Positions 1 through 8,145 are shown, counted from the stretch's first letter. The stretch is 33,546 nt of DNA from Deltaproteobacteria bacterium (GCA_019310825.1 JAFDDO010000003.1:1-33546); one strand, 5' to 3'. Made by a program: numbers and translations. Notes: generated from the sequence alone by a model not told the origin.

Positions 1-746
1 TCAGGTCAAGAAGCAACTCTGTCCAGGACAATTCGCTTTCCCTGAAGCCGCTCTCCAGGGCGAGCAGTTCTTTTTTGCCGTCTTTCGTGGCTCCAATGAT
101 CACCAGAAGGCATTGCCTTTCTTCCATCCGTACATTGCAATAGATACCGTCAGCCCAAATATATACGTACCGCTTATGAGACAAATCGCGTTTTTGCCAT
201 TGTTCCAAATCCTCTTGCCAGATGGTTTTGAGACGGCTGATAGTTGAGGCAGACAATCCGGGTGCATCTTTACCCACCAGTGCTGCCAGTGCATCGCTGA
301 AATCACCAGTGGAGATGCCTTTCAAGTAGAGCCACGGTATCAGTTCTTCCATACTTTTTGTCTTTCGGAGGTAAGGAGGCAATAAGGAGGAATTAAATCG
401 AATAGGCCCCGATTCGTGATCCGGTTGGCGATCCCTGGCACGAGGAACCTTAACTGATACCGGACCAATTCCGGTTTGAATTTCGCGCTCAGGAAGATAA
501 CCATTACGCACCACTCTTTGGTACTCCTGATTGTCCCTGAGCTCCCTGTACTGGGACAAAAAGCCTTCTATCTCTGCTTCTAAGGCTTCGGCCAACAACT
601 TTCTGGCTCCTGTGCGTAAGATATCGGTAATAAGGTCATCAACAAATGGCTCTGGCTTTTTAAACTCAATTACGTTATCCTTGACTTTAAACATCCTGGA
701 AGGATACACCGCCTAACCTCTCAAACACAACTTTCGATTATATCTC
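1..746 (-). mobile_element. IS256-family insertion sequence, left end and 5' part (continues beyond the window start)
   Basis: The transposase ORF is preceded by an IS-end-like sequence GAGATATAATCGAAAGTTGTGTTTG (revcomp of 722-746). A receiver-domain reading frame starts abruptly mid-domain at this point. Confidence 0.85.
2..694 (-). CDS. IS256 (Mutator) family transposase, N-terminal 231 codons; absent from the ORF track because it runs off the window
   Basis: Manual translation: MFKVKDNVIEFKKPEPFVDDLITDILRTGARKLLAEALEAEIEGFL...VVRNGYLPEREIQTGIGPVSVKVPRARDR...LPPYLRKTKSMEELIPWLYLKGISTGDF...YIWADGIY...LLVIIGATKDGKKELLALESGFRESELSW. RNGY, VPRxR, GIST, the first catalytic Asp (WADG) and GxKELL are IS256 hallmarks. 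Open frame throughout. Confidence 0.93.
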   Translation of the reverse strand, partial: MFKVKDNVIEFKKPEPFVDDLITDILRTGARKLLAEALEAEIEGFLSQYRELRDNQEYQRVVRNGYLPEREIQTGIGPVSVKVPRARDRQPDHESGPIRFNSSLLPPYLRKTKSMEELIPWLYLKGISTGDFSDALAALVGKDAPGLSASTISRLKTIWQEDLEQWQKRDLSHKRYVYIWADGIYCNVRMEERQCLLVIIGATKDGKKELLALESGFRESELSWTELLLDL

Positions 747-1087
747 GGGATCTGACGACGGAGGTCCTTTCCGTTCATGGTTACAATGTGTTGCCGGCAC
801 AAGACGGCCTCGAGGCCATACATGTCTACAAGGCCTTTGAACACGATATTGACCTTGTGCTCTTGGACATATTCATGCCACGGATGAGCGGCAAAGAGGC
901 CTACGAGAAACTCAAAGAAATCAATCCTGATATCAAGGTATTATTCTGTAGCGGCCATGGCTCAAATCATGAAATATATGAAGCACCAAGAAATGGCGAT
1001 CTGCATTATGTCAGCAAACCTTTTAAAATAGACGAGTTAGTCAGGAAAGTGCGGCAGGTCCTGAACCATGAAGATGCGAGTATTTGA
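747..1087 (+). pseudogene. 5'-truncated receiver (REC) domain, probably the C-terminus of a hybrid histidine kinase interrupted by IS256
   Basis: The frame reads DLTTEVLSVHGYNVLPAQDG...LVLLDIFMP...FCSG...SKPF from the IS end. The first beta-strand and acidic pair (xxxVDDE) are missing, and there is no RBS or start. Confidence 0.75.
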
Positions 1088-1106
1088 AGTGCCTAAAGTG
1101 CCTAAA
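1087..1106. repeat. Tandem 9-mer AAGTGCCTA x2 (same family as 26695-26815 and 30235-30334)
   Basis: aagtgccta aagtgccta aa seen directly; GTGCCTAAAG recurs at 26701 and as revcomp at 30293-30302. Confidence 0.7.
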
Positions 1107-1257
1107 CCTGGATTGAGCGATTAGCTGTTAGCCATTAGCGTTTAGCTTTGGAAAATCAGGGTATTACGTTAATTAGAAATAACACCTAATGGGTGAAGGT
1201 TTGTAATAGCAAAACATCCTGTAATCATTAAACTAATAGCTAATCGCTTAATTTAGG
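1107..1257. repeat. MITE-like element with 25-bp imperfect terminal inverted repeats and (NNTTAGC)n heptamers
   Basis: 1107-1131 cctggattgagcgattagctgttag vs revcomp of 1233-1257 cctaaattaagcgattagctattag (21/25). Heptamers gattagc/tgttagc/cattagc/gtttagc. Confidence 0.7.
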
Positions 1258-1300
1258 TAAGGTTAAGAAATTTGTTTTCTTCAAACTTCACTCCAAAAAA

Positions 1301-2089
1301 TCAGAGGAATTTGTCAAAAATCCGTGTTATTACCTGTACTGCGTCAGTTTTGGTTGAGAGCTTTAGCAGAGATTCCTGGTGGAGCTCACTTTGAAAAATA
1401 TCGTCGCTTACTGGGATACAGCCTCCAAACAAAAGATCGGTTTTTTGTACAACCTCCTGTATCTGGTCCTCCAGTACTTTCGGCAGGTCCTTTGGCACCC
1501 TATTCACTACGAGCACTTTATTTCTTACTTCTAGTTTTAATGCCTTTGTAAGATCAGCTATGCGTGCCGCTGTGACTAACCCCCGGATTGAAGGATCAGA
1601 AACAACAAATAAGGTATGTATTTTCCGGAGATTCAGGCGGCTCAAGTGTTCCATTCCCGCCTCATTGTCGACTATGAGGTAACGGTAACTCCTGGCCAGC
1701 CCCTCTATTACTTGTGCCAGGATCGTGTTGGCCATGCAATAGCATCCGGGGCCTTCGGGCTGACCCATGGCCAGCAGGTCAAAACCTTTGGCCTCTATAA
1801 TGGCACGGTTTATATACATCTCCATATAGTCTCTTTTGGCCATGCCAGGAGGTGTCTCTGTCTTCATCCTCTCCCTGATATCTCCCAGGCTGGTCTCCAC
1901 TGAAAGGCCAACGAGCTCATTAAGATTTTCATTGGCATCGGCGTCCACGGCCAATACCGGAGTTAGACCTTTTCCCACAAGGTATCTGATCAGGAGAGCA
2001 CTGATGGTAGTCTTGCCGGTGCCACCTTTACCGGCCATGGCAAGAATCGGGGCCGTTCCAGGACTATGGATGTTAGAAATCAACTTCAA
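1301..2089 (-). CDS. cooC: CooC/AcsF-type nickel-insertion ATPase (CODH/ACS maturation family)
   Basis: Deviant Walker A GKGGTGKTT, DAD, Ni-binding GCYC and DNEAGMEHLSR signature. Confidence 0.85.
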   Translation of the reverse strand: MKLISNIHSPGTAPILAMAGKGGTGKTTISALLIRYLVGKGLTPVLAVDADANENLNELVGLSVETSLGDIRERMKTETPPGMAKRDYMEMYINRAIIEAKGFDLLAMGQPEGPGCYCMANTILAQVIEGLARSYRYLIVDNEAGMEHLSRLNLRKIHTLFVVSDPSIRGLVTAARIADLTKALKLEVRNKVLVVNRVPKDLPKVLEDQIQEVVQKTDLLFGGCIPVSDDIFQSELHQESLLKLSTKTDAVQVITRIFDKFL

Positions 2090-2516
2090 CAGCTAAGCAT
2101 GGGGCTATTGCCCCTAATAGTTTTGGATTCAGAGGGCTATTAATGGTATCAAGTTCATCGATAGAAAGGAGAAAACCAAGACTCTGGCGGAACTGAACGA
2201 CTCTGCATGCAGTAACCTCACCAATGCCAGGAAGCAGGGTCAGTTCCTCAAAAGACGCACTGTTTATATTTATAGGACGAAAAAAGAGCAACTCCCTTGC
2301 GCTATAAACATCCTGTACATTATTTGCAGTAACTGCTTTTTTAAGAGGAACCTGGGCCTGTCCTTTCTTATGTAAGGCCAACTGATGTTCTGCTAATAAA
2401 AAACAGCCAACTATGAGGACCAAGACAAGGATTTGTTCTACATATATATTATATTTTGAAAGGCTACAATTGCACATTTTTGTAACTCGAGAAAAATGAT
2501 GTCTTTCGGCGCTCAA
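2073..2516 (-). CDS. ComEA-like membrane-anchored helix-hairpin-helix DNA-binding protein (start may be ATG 2477)
   Basis: Hydrophobic N-terminal segment, then ININSASFEELTLLPGIGEVTA (HhH_3 signature). Confidence 0.75.
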   Translation of the reverse strand: MSAERHHFSRVTKMCNCSLSKYNIYVEQILVLVLIVGCFLLAEHQLALHKKGQAQVPLKKAVTANNVQDVYSARELLFFRPININSASFEELTLLPGIGEVTACRVVQFRQSLGFLLSIDELDTINSPLNPKLLGAIAPCLAVEVDF

Positions 2517-2527
2517 GCAGCAGTTGA

Positions 2528-2569
2528 GGGTTACGAGTTGCGGATTTTAACCCACGTAACCCGTAACTC
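2528..2569. repeat. Short inverted element built from GRGTTRC heptamers
   Basis: gggttac gagttgc gg ... cgtaac ccgtaac tc; the right arm is the revcomp of GAGTTACGGGTTACG. Confidence 0.55.
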
Positions 2570-2587
2570 CAAAAAACTAAATGTCTG

Positions 2588-2616
2588 TTGATAGTATATT
2601 TTTGTTACAGTAAGCT
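2588..2616 (+). promoter_or_regulatory. Putative sigma-70 promoter upstream of the enolase-superfamily gene
   Basis: TTGATA-N17-TAAGCT, ending 10 nt before ATG 2627. Confidence 0.4.
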
Positions 2617-2626
2617 ATGAATCATT

Positions 2627-3808
2627 ATGAAGCAATACGCAAAGATTGAAAAAGCAGAACTCTACGCATTAAAAATCCCATTTAAGATAGATTTTACCCA
2701 TGCAATGGCATCCCGCTCCTTTTCTGATTCCCTTATTTTCAAAATTGAGGGGCAAGGGAAAAGGGGATTCGGTGAGGCCATCGTACGAGATTATGTATCA
2801 GGCGAGATCGGAAAAGGTGCAGACCTACTGAAGAATGCCAAAAAAATCATAGCAAGAATCCTTGGACCCATTTTTGAAAAGAATATATCATGGGAAGATG
2901 GAAAAGAGTATTTGGATTCCCTTACCGTCGAATTACACGAACTCCCCCTGTTATGTGCAGTGGAAACAGCGATTCTTGACATGTTTTGTAATAGCTCAGG
3001 GGAAGACATCTATGACCTGTTAAAAAAAGAGCCTCTAAAACAATCAATTCAGTATGGTGGAATCCTTCCTATGCTCCCCCTATCAGCGGCAGAATATTTT
3101 CTGGATATATACGAAAAAGCGAATATACGTAATATACGGATCAAGGTCGGCACTGATTTAGATTACAATGAGGAAATACTTAAGCTTTCACGAGAAAAAC
3201 TAGGGAGGGACTTTGATTTAAGAATAGATGCCAATGCCTCGTGGTCATTAGAGATGGCACTTAATAATCTTAAATTATGCCGGAAGTATGGAATATTTCG
3301 GATTGAAGAGCCTTTTGGTCGGCATAGAGAGGAAATACTCTTTCTTCTTAAGGATCCGGAGAACCGCGATTTTCAATTTGTGGCAGATGAGTCAGCCCTT
3401 ACTGTCAGTGATATAGAAACTATGGCAAAAAATAGAAGTTACCACATGATCAATCTTCGTCTTTCAAAGAATGGAGGACTTCTCAAAATTCTAAAAATGG
3501 CAGAAATCGCCGAAAAAGAGGGACTTCTGTATCAAGTTGGATGTCACGTGGGGGAAACCGGAATCCTCTCTGCACTGGGCCGTGTAGTCGCATCTATCCT
3601 CCCAGAGGCAGTGTATGTTGATGGCTCTTATGATAGTTATCTTCTTTCAGAAAACATAACATCGGAGGATTTCTCTTTTGGTTTTGGCGGAGTGGCTAAA
3701 ATAATAAGGGGGCAGGGATTGGGTTTTACAGTAGATGAAACCAAGCTTAAGAGATTGAGTATTGGGAAAACGCAAGGTCTTCCAAGAATGGGAAACCACG
3801 GTATATGA
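2627..3808 (+). CDS. Enolase superfamily enzyme (muconate cycloisomerase/dipeptide epimerase subgroup), substrate unknown
   Basis: N-terminal GFGEA cap motif, RIKVG, Mg ligands in DAN / EEP / DES, NLRLSKNGG, GCHVGET. Confidence 0.8.
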   Translation: MKQYAKIEKAELYALKIPFKIDFTHAMASRSFSDSLIFKIEGQGKRGFGEAIVRDYVSGEIGKGADLLKNAKKIIARILGPIFEKNISWEDGKEYLDSLTVELHELPLLCAVETAILDMFCNSSGEDIYDLLKKEPLKQSIQYGGILPMLPLSAAEYFLDIYEKANIRNIRIKVGTDLDYNEEILKLSREKLGRDFDLRIDANASWSLEMALNNLKLCRKYGIFRIEEPFGRHREEILFLLKDPENRDFQFVADESALTVSDIETMAKNRSYHMINLRLSKNGGLLKILKMAEIAEKEGLLYQVGCHVGETGILSALGRVVASILPEAVYVDGSYDSYLLSENITSEDFSFGFGGVAKIIRGQGLGFTVDETKLKRLSIGKTQGLPRMGNHGI

Positions 3809-3877
3809 CTATTATTCCTCTTTAACTATGATAAGCGCAACACACTTAGTTTGATTTCACATTTTGGAGGTATGTTA

Positions 3878-4702
3878 ATGTTTGAGATCTTGGAACGTCA
3901 GGATATGGCCGATGGCACAGTGGTTCTTAATGAAATAAGTGCGCCCCTGATTGCCAAAAAGGCTAAACCGGGGCAGTTTGTCATCTTGAAAGCAAATGAA
4001 ACCGGGGAGCGCATTCCGCTCACCATGGCCGACACGGACCCGGATAAGGGTACCATTACAATAATATATCAGGTTGTTGGGAAGAGCACCACCCTGTTTA
4101 AGTCCCTTAAGATAGGTGAGGGATTTCAGGATGTTATTGGTCCTTTGGGGCAGCCTACACATATTGAAAAACTAGGCACTGTTGTGTGTGTTGGAGGGGG
4201 AACCGGTGTTGCTGTTTTGCATCCCATCGCTCGAGGGATGAAAGAAATCGGTAACCATGTCATTGCCATTATCGGTGCCAGAAACAAAGATCTCCTCATC
4301 CTGGAGGACAAAATGAAGGCCGCATCCAATGAGTTGCATGTCTGCACAGACGATGGATCATACGGCCATCATGGGTTTGTGACGGATGTACTCAAAGATA
4401 TCCTGGAAAAGGAAGCAGTTAAACTCGTTGTGGCAATTGGTCCTGTGCCGATGATGAAATTTGTGTGCAGTGTTACGGAGAAGTACAAGGTCAAAACTCT
4501 TGTTAGTCTGAATCCCATCATGGTAGACGGGACAGGCATGTGTGGTTGCTGCCGGGTGAGCGTGGGCGGTAAGACACGGTTTGCCTGTATAGATGGTCCT
4601 GAATTTGACGGGCATGAAGTTGATTTTGACGAACTGATGCAGCGCCTCCAGGCCTATAAGGAGCAAGAGTCTGTTGCATATAAGAAATTCCTGCATGAAT
4701 AA
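3878..4702 (+). CDS. nfnA: Electron-bifurcating transhydrogenase small subunit NfnA (PyrK-like FAD/NAD, 2Fe-2S)
   Basis: PGQFV, ERIPLT, GGGTG, MVDGTGMCGCCRV...CIDGPEF. RBS GGAGG at 3866-3870. Adjacent to an NfnB-like gene. Confidence 0.9.
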   Translation: MFEILERQDMADGTVVLNEISAPLIAKKAKPGQFVILKANETGERIPLTMADTDPDKGTITIIYQVVGKSTTLFKSLKIGEGFQDVIGPLGQPTHIEKLGTVVCVGGGTGVAVLHPIARGMKEIGNHVIAIIGARNKDLLILEDKMKAASNELHVCTDDGSYGHHGFVTDVLKDILEKEAVKLVVAIGPVPMMKFVCSVTEKYKVKTLVSLNPIMVDGTGMCGCCRVSVGGKTRFACIDGPEFDGHEVDFDELMQRLQAYKEQESVAYKKFLHE

Positions 4703-4708
4703 GGTGTT

Positions 4709-6133
4709 ATGGAGAATAAAATGACAGAAAAATCACCTAAAAAAGAAAAGATACCCAGGCAGCCCATGCCTGAGCAGGATCCCCGGATCAGAAAACGGAA
4801 TTTCGAGGAAGTTCCATTGGGATATACAAAGGAACTTGCTGTAAAAGAGGCGGAAAGATGCCTGCAGTGCAAAAAGCCTTCTTGTATGGAAGGGTGTCCG
4901 GTGTCTGTTGACATACCAGGCTTTATCAAAAGCATAAAAGAGGGTGATTTCGCCAAAGCTGTCCGGAAGATATGGGAAAGAAACGCGCTTCCGGCCGTGT
5001 GCGGCAGGGTTTGCCCACAAGAGATCCAGTGTGAAGGCAAATGCATCCTTGGCAAAAAGGGAAAGCCTGTGGCGATTGGCAATTTGGAGAAGTTTGTTGC
5101 GGATATGGAACGGGAGCACGGCGATGGAAAACTCCCGCCCAAGAATGATCCAACGGGGAAAAGGATAGCCGTAGTAGGGTCCGGTCCCTCCGGCCTGACT
5201 GTTGCCGGAGACCTTATTCTCAAGGGTCATGAAGTGACAATTTTCGAGGCCTTTCACAAACCGGGCGGTGTTCTTGTATATGGTATTCCGGAATTCAGGC
5301 TTCCTAAAGATATAGTTTATTCGGAGGTAAGTACCCTTGAGAAATTGGGGGTAAAAGTTGAATGCAATACAGTGGTAGGAAGGACCGTTTCACTGGATGA
5401 ACTCTTTGAACAGGGCTATGATGCCATCTACGTCGGAGTGGGTGCCGGACTACCCCGGTTTCTGAACATACCGGGAGAAAACCTGATCGGTATATATTCG
5501 GCAAACGAGTATCTGACCCGGGCCAATCTTATGAAGGCATACCTGTTTCCTGAATACGATACTCCCCTTGCCAGAGGTAAAAATGTAGTTGTGTTTGGAG
5601 CCGGAAATGTAACTATGGATTCCGCACGGACTGCCATGCGTCTGGGTGCCGACAGGGTACGCATCGTTTACCGCAGGTCCCGGGATGAAATGCCTGCCCG
5701 ATCCGCAGAAATTCATCACGCAGAAGAGGAAGGCATTGAGTTTTCTCTCCTCACAGCGCCTATAAGGTTCCTGGGTGATGAGAATGCCCGTCTGACAGGT
5801 GTGGAGTGTCTCCAGATGAAATTGGGTGAGCCTGACGAATCCGGGCGACGGCGTCCCATACCCATAGACGGCTCAGAGTTCAAGCTGGAGTGCGACCTGG
5901 CGGTTATTGCTGTTGGTGCAGGGGCCAATCCCCTTTTGACCAAGTCAACCGAGGATTTAAAAGTCAACAAGTGGGGTTATATTGTTGCAGATCCTGAGAC
6001 AGGTAAGACTATGAAAAAAGGGGTATGGGCCGGTGGAGACATAGTTACAGGCCAGGCCACGGTCATTTTGGCCATGGGGGCAGGCAGAAAGGCCTCTGAT
6101 TCCATACATCAGTACCTTACATGGGGGTGGTAA
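4709..6133 (+). CDS. nfnB: Transhydrogenase large subunit NfnB (GltD-like flavo-iron-sulfur protein); start may be ATG 4721
   Basis: CLQC..PSCMEGCP, CGRVCPQEIQCEGKC, GSGPSGL, YGIPEFRLP, GGDIVTG. No gltB nearby. Confidence 0.9.
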   Translation: MENKMTEKSPKKEKIPRQPMPEQDPRIRKRNFEEVPLGYTKELAVKEAERCLQCKKPSCMEGCPVSVDIPGFIKSIKEGDFAKAVRKIWERNALPAVCGRVCPQEIQCEGKCILGKKGKPVAIGNLEKFVADMEREHGDGKLPPKNDPTGKRIAVVGSGPSGLTVAGDLILKGHEVTIFEAFHKPGGVLVYGIPEFRLPKDIVYSEVSTLEKLGVKVECNTVVGRTVSLDELFEQGYDAIYVGVGAGLPRFLNIPGENLIGIYSANEYLTRANLMKAYLFPEYDTPLARGKNVVVFGAGNVTMDSARTAMRLGADRVRIVYRRSRDEMPARSAEIHHAEEEGIEFSLLTAPIRFLGDENARLTGVECLQMKLGEPDESGRRRPIPIDGSEFKLECDLAVIAVGAGANPLLTKSTEDLKVNKWGYIVADPETGKTMKKGVWAGGDIVTGQATVILAMGAGRKASDSIHQYLTWGW

Positions 6134-6150
6134 AAACAGAAAAAGAAATC

Positions 6151-6327
6151 ATGGAAATCAGGTTTTTCTGTCAGAAAGACAATTGCCATGTTGCTATCTC
6201 AAGGAACTGTATGCATCCAATGGATTACTGCCCTTACCGGCAGACATGTTTGATCCACTATCAGGAAAGGGAAAGGCACAAATCATCGAGAAAGAAGTAT
6301 CTTCAAAAATACGGGGAAGATGGTTAG
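6151..6327 (+). CDS. Small cysteine-rich hypothetical protein (58 aa)
   Basis: MEIRFFCQKDNCHVAISRNCMHPMDYCPYRQTCLIHYQERE...; 5 Cys plus His; fills the nfnB-surE gap on the same strand. Confidence 0.6.
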   Translation: MEIRFFCQKDNCHVAISRNCMHPMDYCPYRQTCLIHYQERERHKSSRKKYLQKYGEDG

Positions 6328-6360
6328 GAGCTGTCCGCGAATAAGTTGGACAACTCCTTA
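6324..6360. repeat. 31-bp inverted-repeat mini-element flanked by TTA direct repeats
   Basis: tta|ggagctgtcc gcgaataagtt ggacaactcc|tta; arms match 9/10. Confidence 0.5.
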
Positions 6361-6367
6361 GTGAGAT

Positions 6368-7123
6368 ATGAATATCCTTCTTACAAACGATGACGGAATA
6401 TACGCCCATGGATTGTACTCACTTTATGAAGTCCTTAAAGATGACCATGAATTGTTTGTTGTTGCTCCTGATAGCGAACGTAGTGCAGTGGGTCATGCAA
6501 TTACCCTGGCAGATCCTCTCAGGGTCCGCTCTTTAAATCGCAATGGTTCATTTTTTGGATTGGCTCTGAGTGGTACACCGGCAGACTGTGTTAAGCTTGC
6601 AGTGCATGAGCTGATTAAGAAGCCGATTGATCTGGTCATTTCAGGAATTAATCAGGGTGCTAACCTTGGTATAAACGTCCTGTATTCAGGGACAGTTTCT
6701 GCTGCTACAGAAGCAGCTATACTTGGGATAAAGTCTGCTGCTATTTCCCTTGACACATATCGAGACCCTGACTTTTGCTTTTCTGCCAAGTTTGCAAAAA
6801 GGCTTATTGCATGGCTCAATAAAATTGACCTTTCATCCGGAGTAGCGGTTAATGTTAATGTTCCTGCCTTGCCTCCTGATCAAATACTGGGAGTGAAGGT
6901 AACTAAACAGGGAACTTCACGCCTTGTAGAACAATTTGATAAACGAGTAGACCCCAGGGGTGATATATATTATTGGCAAACCAGCAGCGAGACCTTGGCA
7001 ACCAATGAAGACGATGACATAGACAGTATTGCCTTGAAGCAGGGTTATATTACCATTACTCCTATCCATTTCGATCTCACATCTTATTCGACCTTAAATT
7101 CTCTCCCTACACTACAAATTTAG
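6368..7123 (+). CDS. surE: 5'/3'-nucleotidase SurE
   Basis: ILLTNDDG, GTPADCV, SGINQGANLG..YSGTVSAA.EA. Confidence 0.97.
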   Translation: MNILLTNDDGIYAHGLYSLYEVLKDDHELFVVAPDSERSAVGHAITLADPLRVRSLNRNGSFFGLALSGTPADCVKLAVHELIKKPIDLVISGINQGANLGINVLYSGTVSAATEAAILGIKSAAISLDTYRDPDFCFSAKFAKRLIAWLNKIDLSSGVAVNVNVPALPPDQILGVKVTKQGTSRLVEQFDKRVDPRGDIYYWQTSSETLATNEDDDIDSIALKQGYITITPIHFDLTSYSTLNSLPTLQI

Positions 7124-7511
7124 TGCATTTTATGTCTGGGTTATCGTTAGAGGAGTTGTTTAAATACAATAAATTTGTAATAAATCACGATTTTTAATTT
7201 CCTGTCTAATAGCTTTCATTTTTTATCTTTTAAGCATTACCCCCGCGACCAGCTCTATGGTTCTTGGGTATTTCTACTGTCCTAGCCCATGATTTATCTT
7301 TAGTTTTGACAATTTTATAGCTATTGACAAGTTATGATTCTTTCTGTACTTGTATTACCGAATTTATTAATTGGCTTATCTGCGTCTGGATTAAGAAAAA
7401 ATGCTGCAATCTCTAAATTCATAATTCCCTTTGATGTAATTGGCGAAGAAGTGGAAATTACTATACAATCAATATACATTGATATTTCAAAAAATCAGAA
7501 AGGAGTTTATT

Positions 7512-7787
7512 ATGACTGGAAGAAAGAGAAGTAGGCCGTATAATGTAGATGACGTACGATATGTGCATAAGCATTATGCTGAAATGACGGCTTCCGAGAT
7601 AGCCGACAAGCTAGGTATCAGCAGGTTCCAGGTATCAAAGATTGTCAGTGAACTGAGGAAGCACATAGATTTGCCTAAGAAGACTGTGCGTCGGCCTAAT
7701 CCAATTCTTAAGTTTCTGGAAGAAGAAGGTATTGCGCCAAAAGAGGCAGCCAAAACAAAAACTAAGGGAAAGCGCAAGAAGTCTTAG
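7512..7787 (+). CDS. Small basic helix-turn-helix protein (91 aa)
   Basis: RBS AAGGAG at 7500-7505, ATG 7512. MTASEIADKLGISRFQVSKIVSEL is an HTH pattern. K/R-rich termini; own terminator. Confidence 0.8.
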   Translation: MTGRKRSRPYNVDDVRYVHKHYAEMTASEIADKLGISRFQVSKIVSELRKHIDLPKKTVRRPNPILKFLEEEGIAPKEAAKTKTKGKRKKS

Positions 7788-7817
7788 CATCCACAAGCTA
7801 TATCTGGAAAGATGAAT

Positions 7818-7853
7818 GCAGCTATATCAAATATGATGTAGCTGCTTTTTTTT
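7818..7853 (+). terminator. Rho-independent terminator
   Basis: GCAGCTATATCA-aata-TGATGTAGCTGC stem (one G-U) followed by T8. Confidence 0.85.
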
Positions 7854-7862
7854 GTTCAATTT

Positions 7863-8018
7863 ATGATTACACTGCAAAAAAGTCTGAAACATGATTCCGC
7901 TCAAAAAGCCCGAGATGCAAGGCACGAAATTTTCCAGGAATGAAAAGTACTTATCGTACGTCGCAGTGGCTGGAAAATTGAAGCAACACTGCAGGTTGGA
8001 TTTTTACAGCGGAATCAT
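7863..8018. repeat. Intergenic palindromic repeat element (MITE/REP-like), copy 1
   Basis: Terminal IR atgattccgctcaaaaagcc (7891) / ggatttttacagcggaatcat (ends 8018). Core gatgcaaggc...ggaatga...tcgcagtg...gaagcaacac shared with 11592-11774. Confidence 0.8.
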
Positions 8019-8145
8019 TTATCAAAATCATAGTTTTATTTTGTGCAATGCCCGGAGCTGTGTTCCTGTTGATTGAGATGGCATGGCGTGTTAGGCTAAT
8101 GCGGCTTCGAGGTAAAGATGTAGCCGTTGTGAAGGAGTTTGGTTT

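Noticed and set aside
100-716. ORFs 100..306 (-) and 531..716 (+)
   Set aside because: Alternative-frame and antisense shadows of the IS256 transposase frame 694..2.
1087-1257. Possible CRISPR array
   Set aside because: Repeat units are 7-9 nt with no unique spacers, and there are no cas genes.
3835-3865. Possible Rex operator upstream of nfnA
   Set aside because: Only a TTCACA half-site is present; there is no dyad.
4654-5970. Several long minus-strand ORFs (up to 189 aa) over nfnB
   Set aside because: Antisense shadows of a well-supported gene, with no recognisable motifs. The same applies to those over gatB, mtnA, mreB, the aminopeptidase and nadB.
4709-6133. Annotation as glutamate synthase small subunit (gltD)
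   Set aside because: No gltB is adjacent, and the NfnA-type partner immediately upstream favours NfnB.
7334-7534. 66-aa ORF, and the upstream extension of the HTH ORF to 7440
   Set aside because: AT-rich region without an RBS; the AAGGAG before ATG 7512 gives a better start.
8040-8140. Possible leader RNA or riboswitch upstream of gatB
   Set aside because: Only one weak hairpin (gcggct...agccgt), with no recognisable T-box or SAM motifs.
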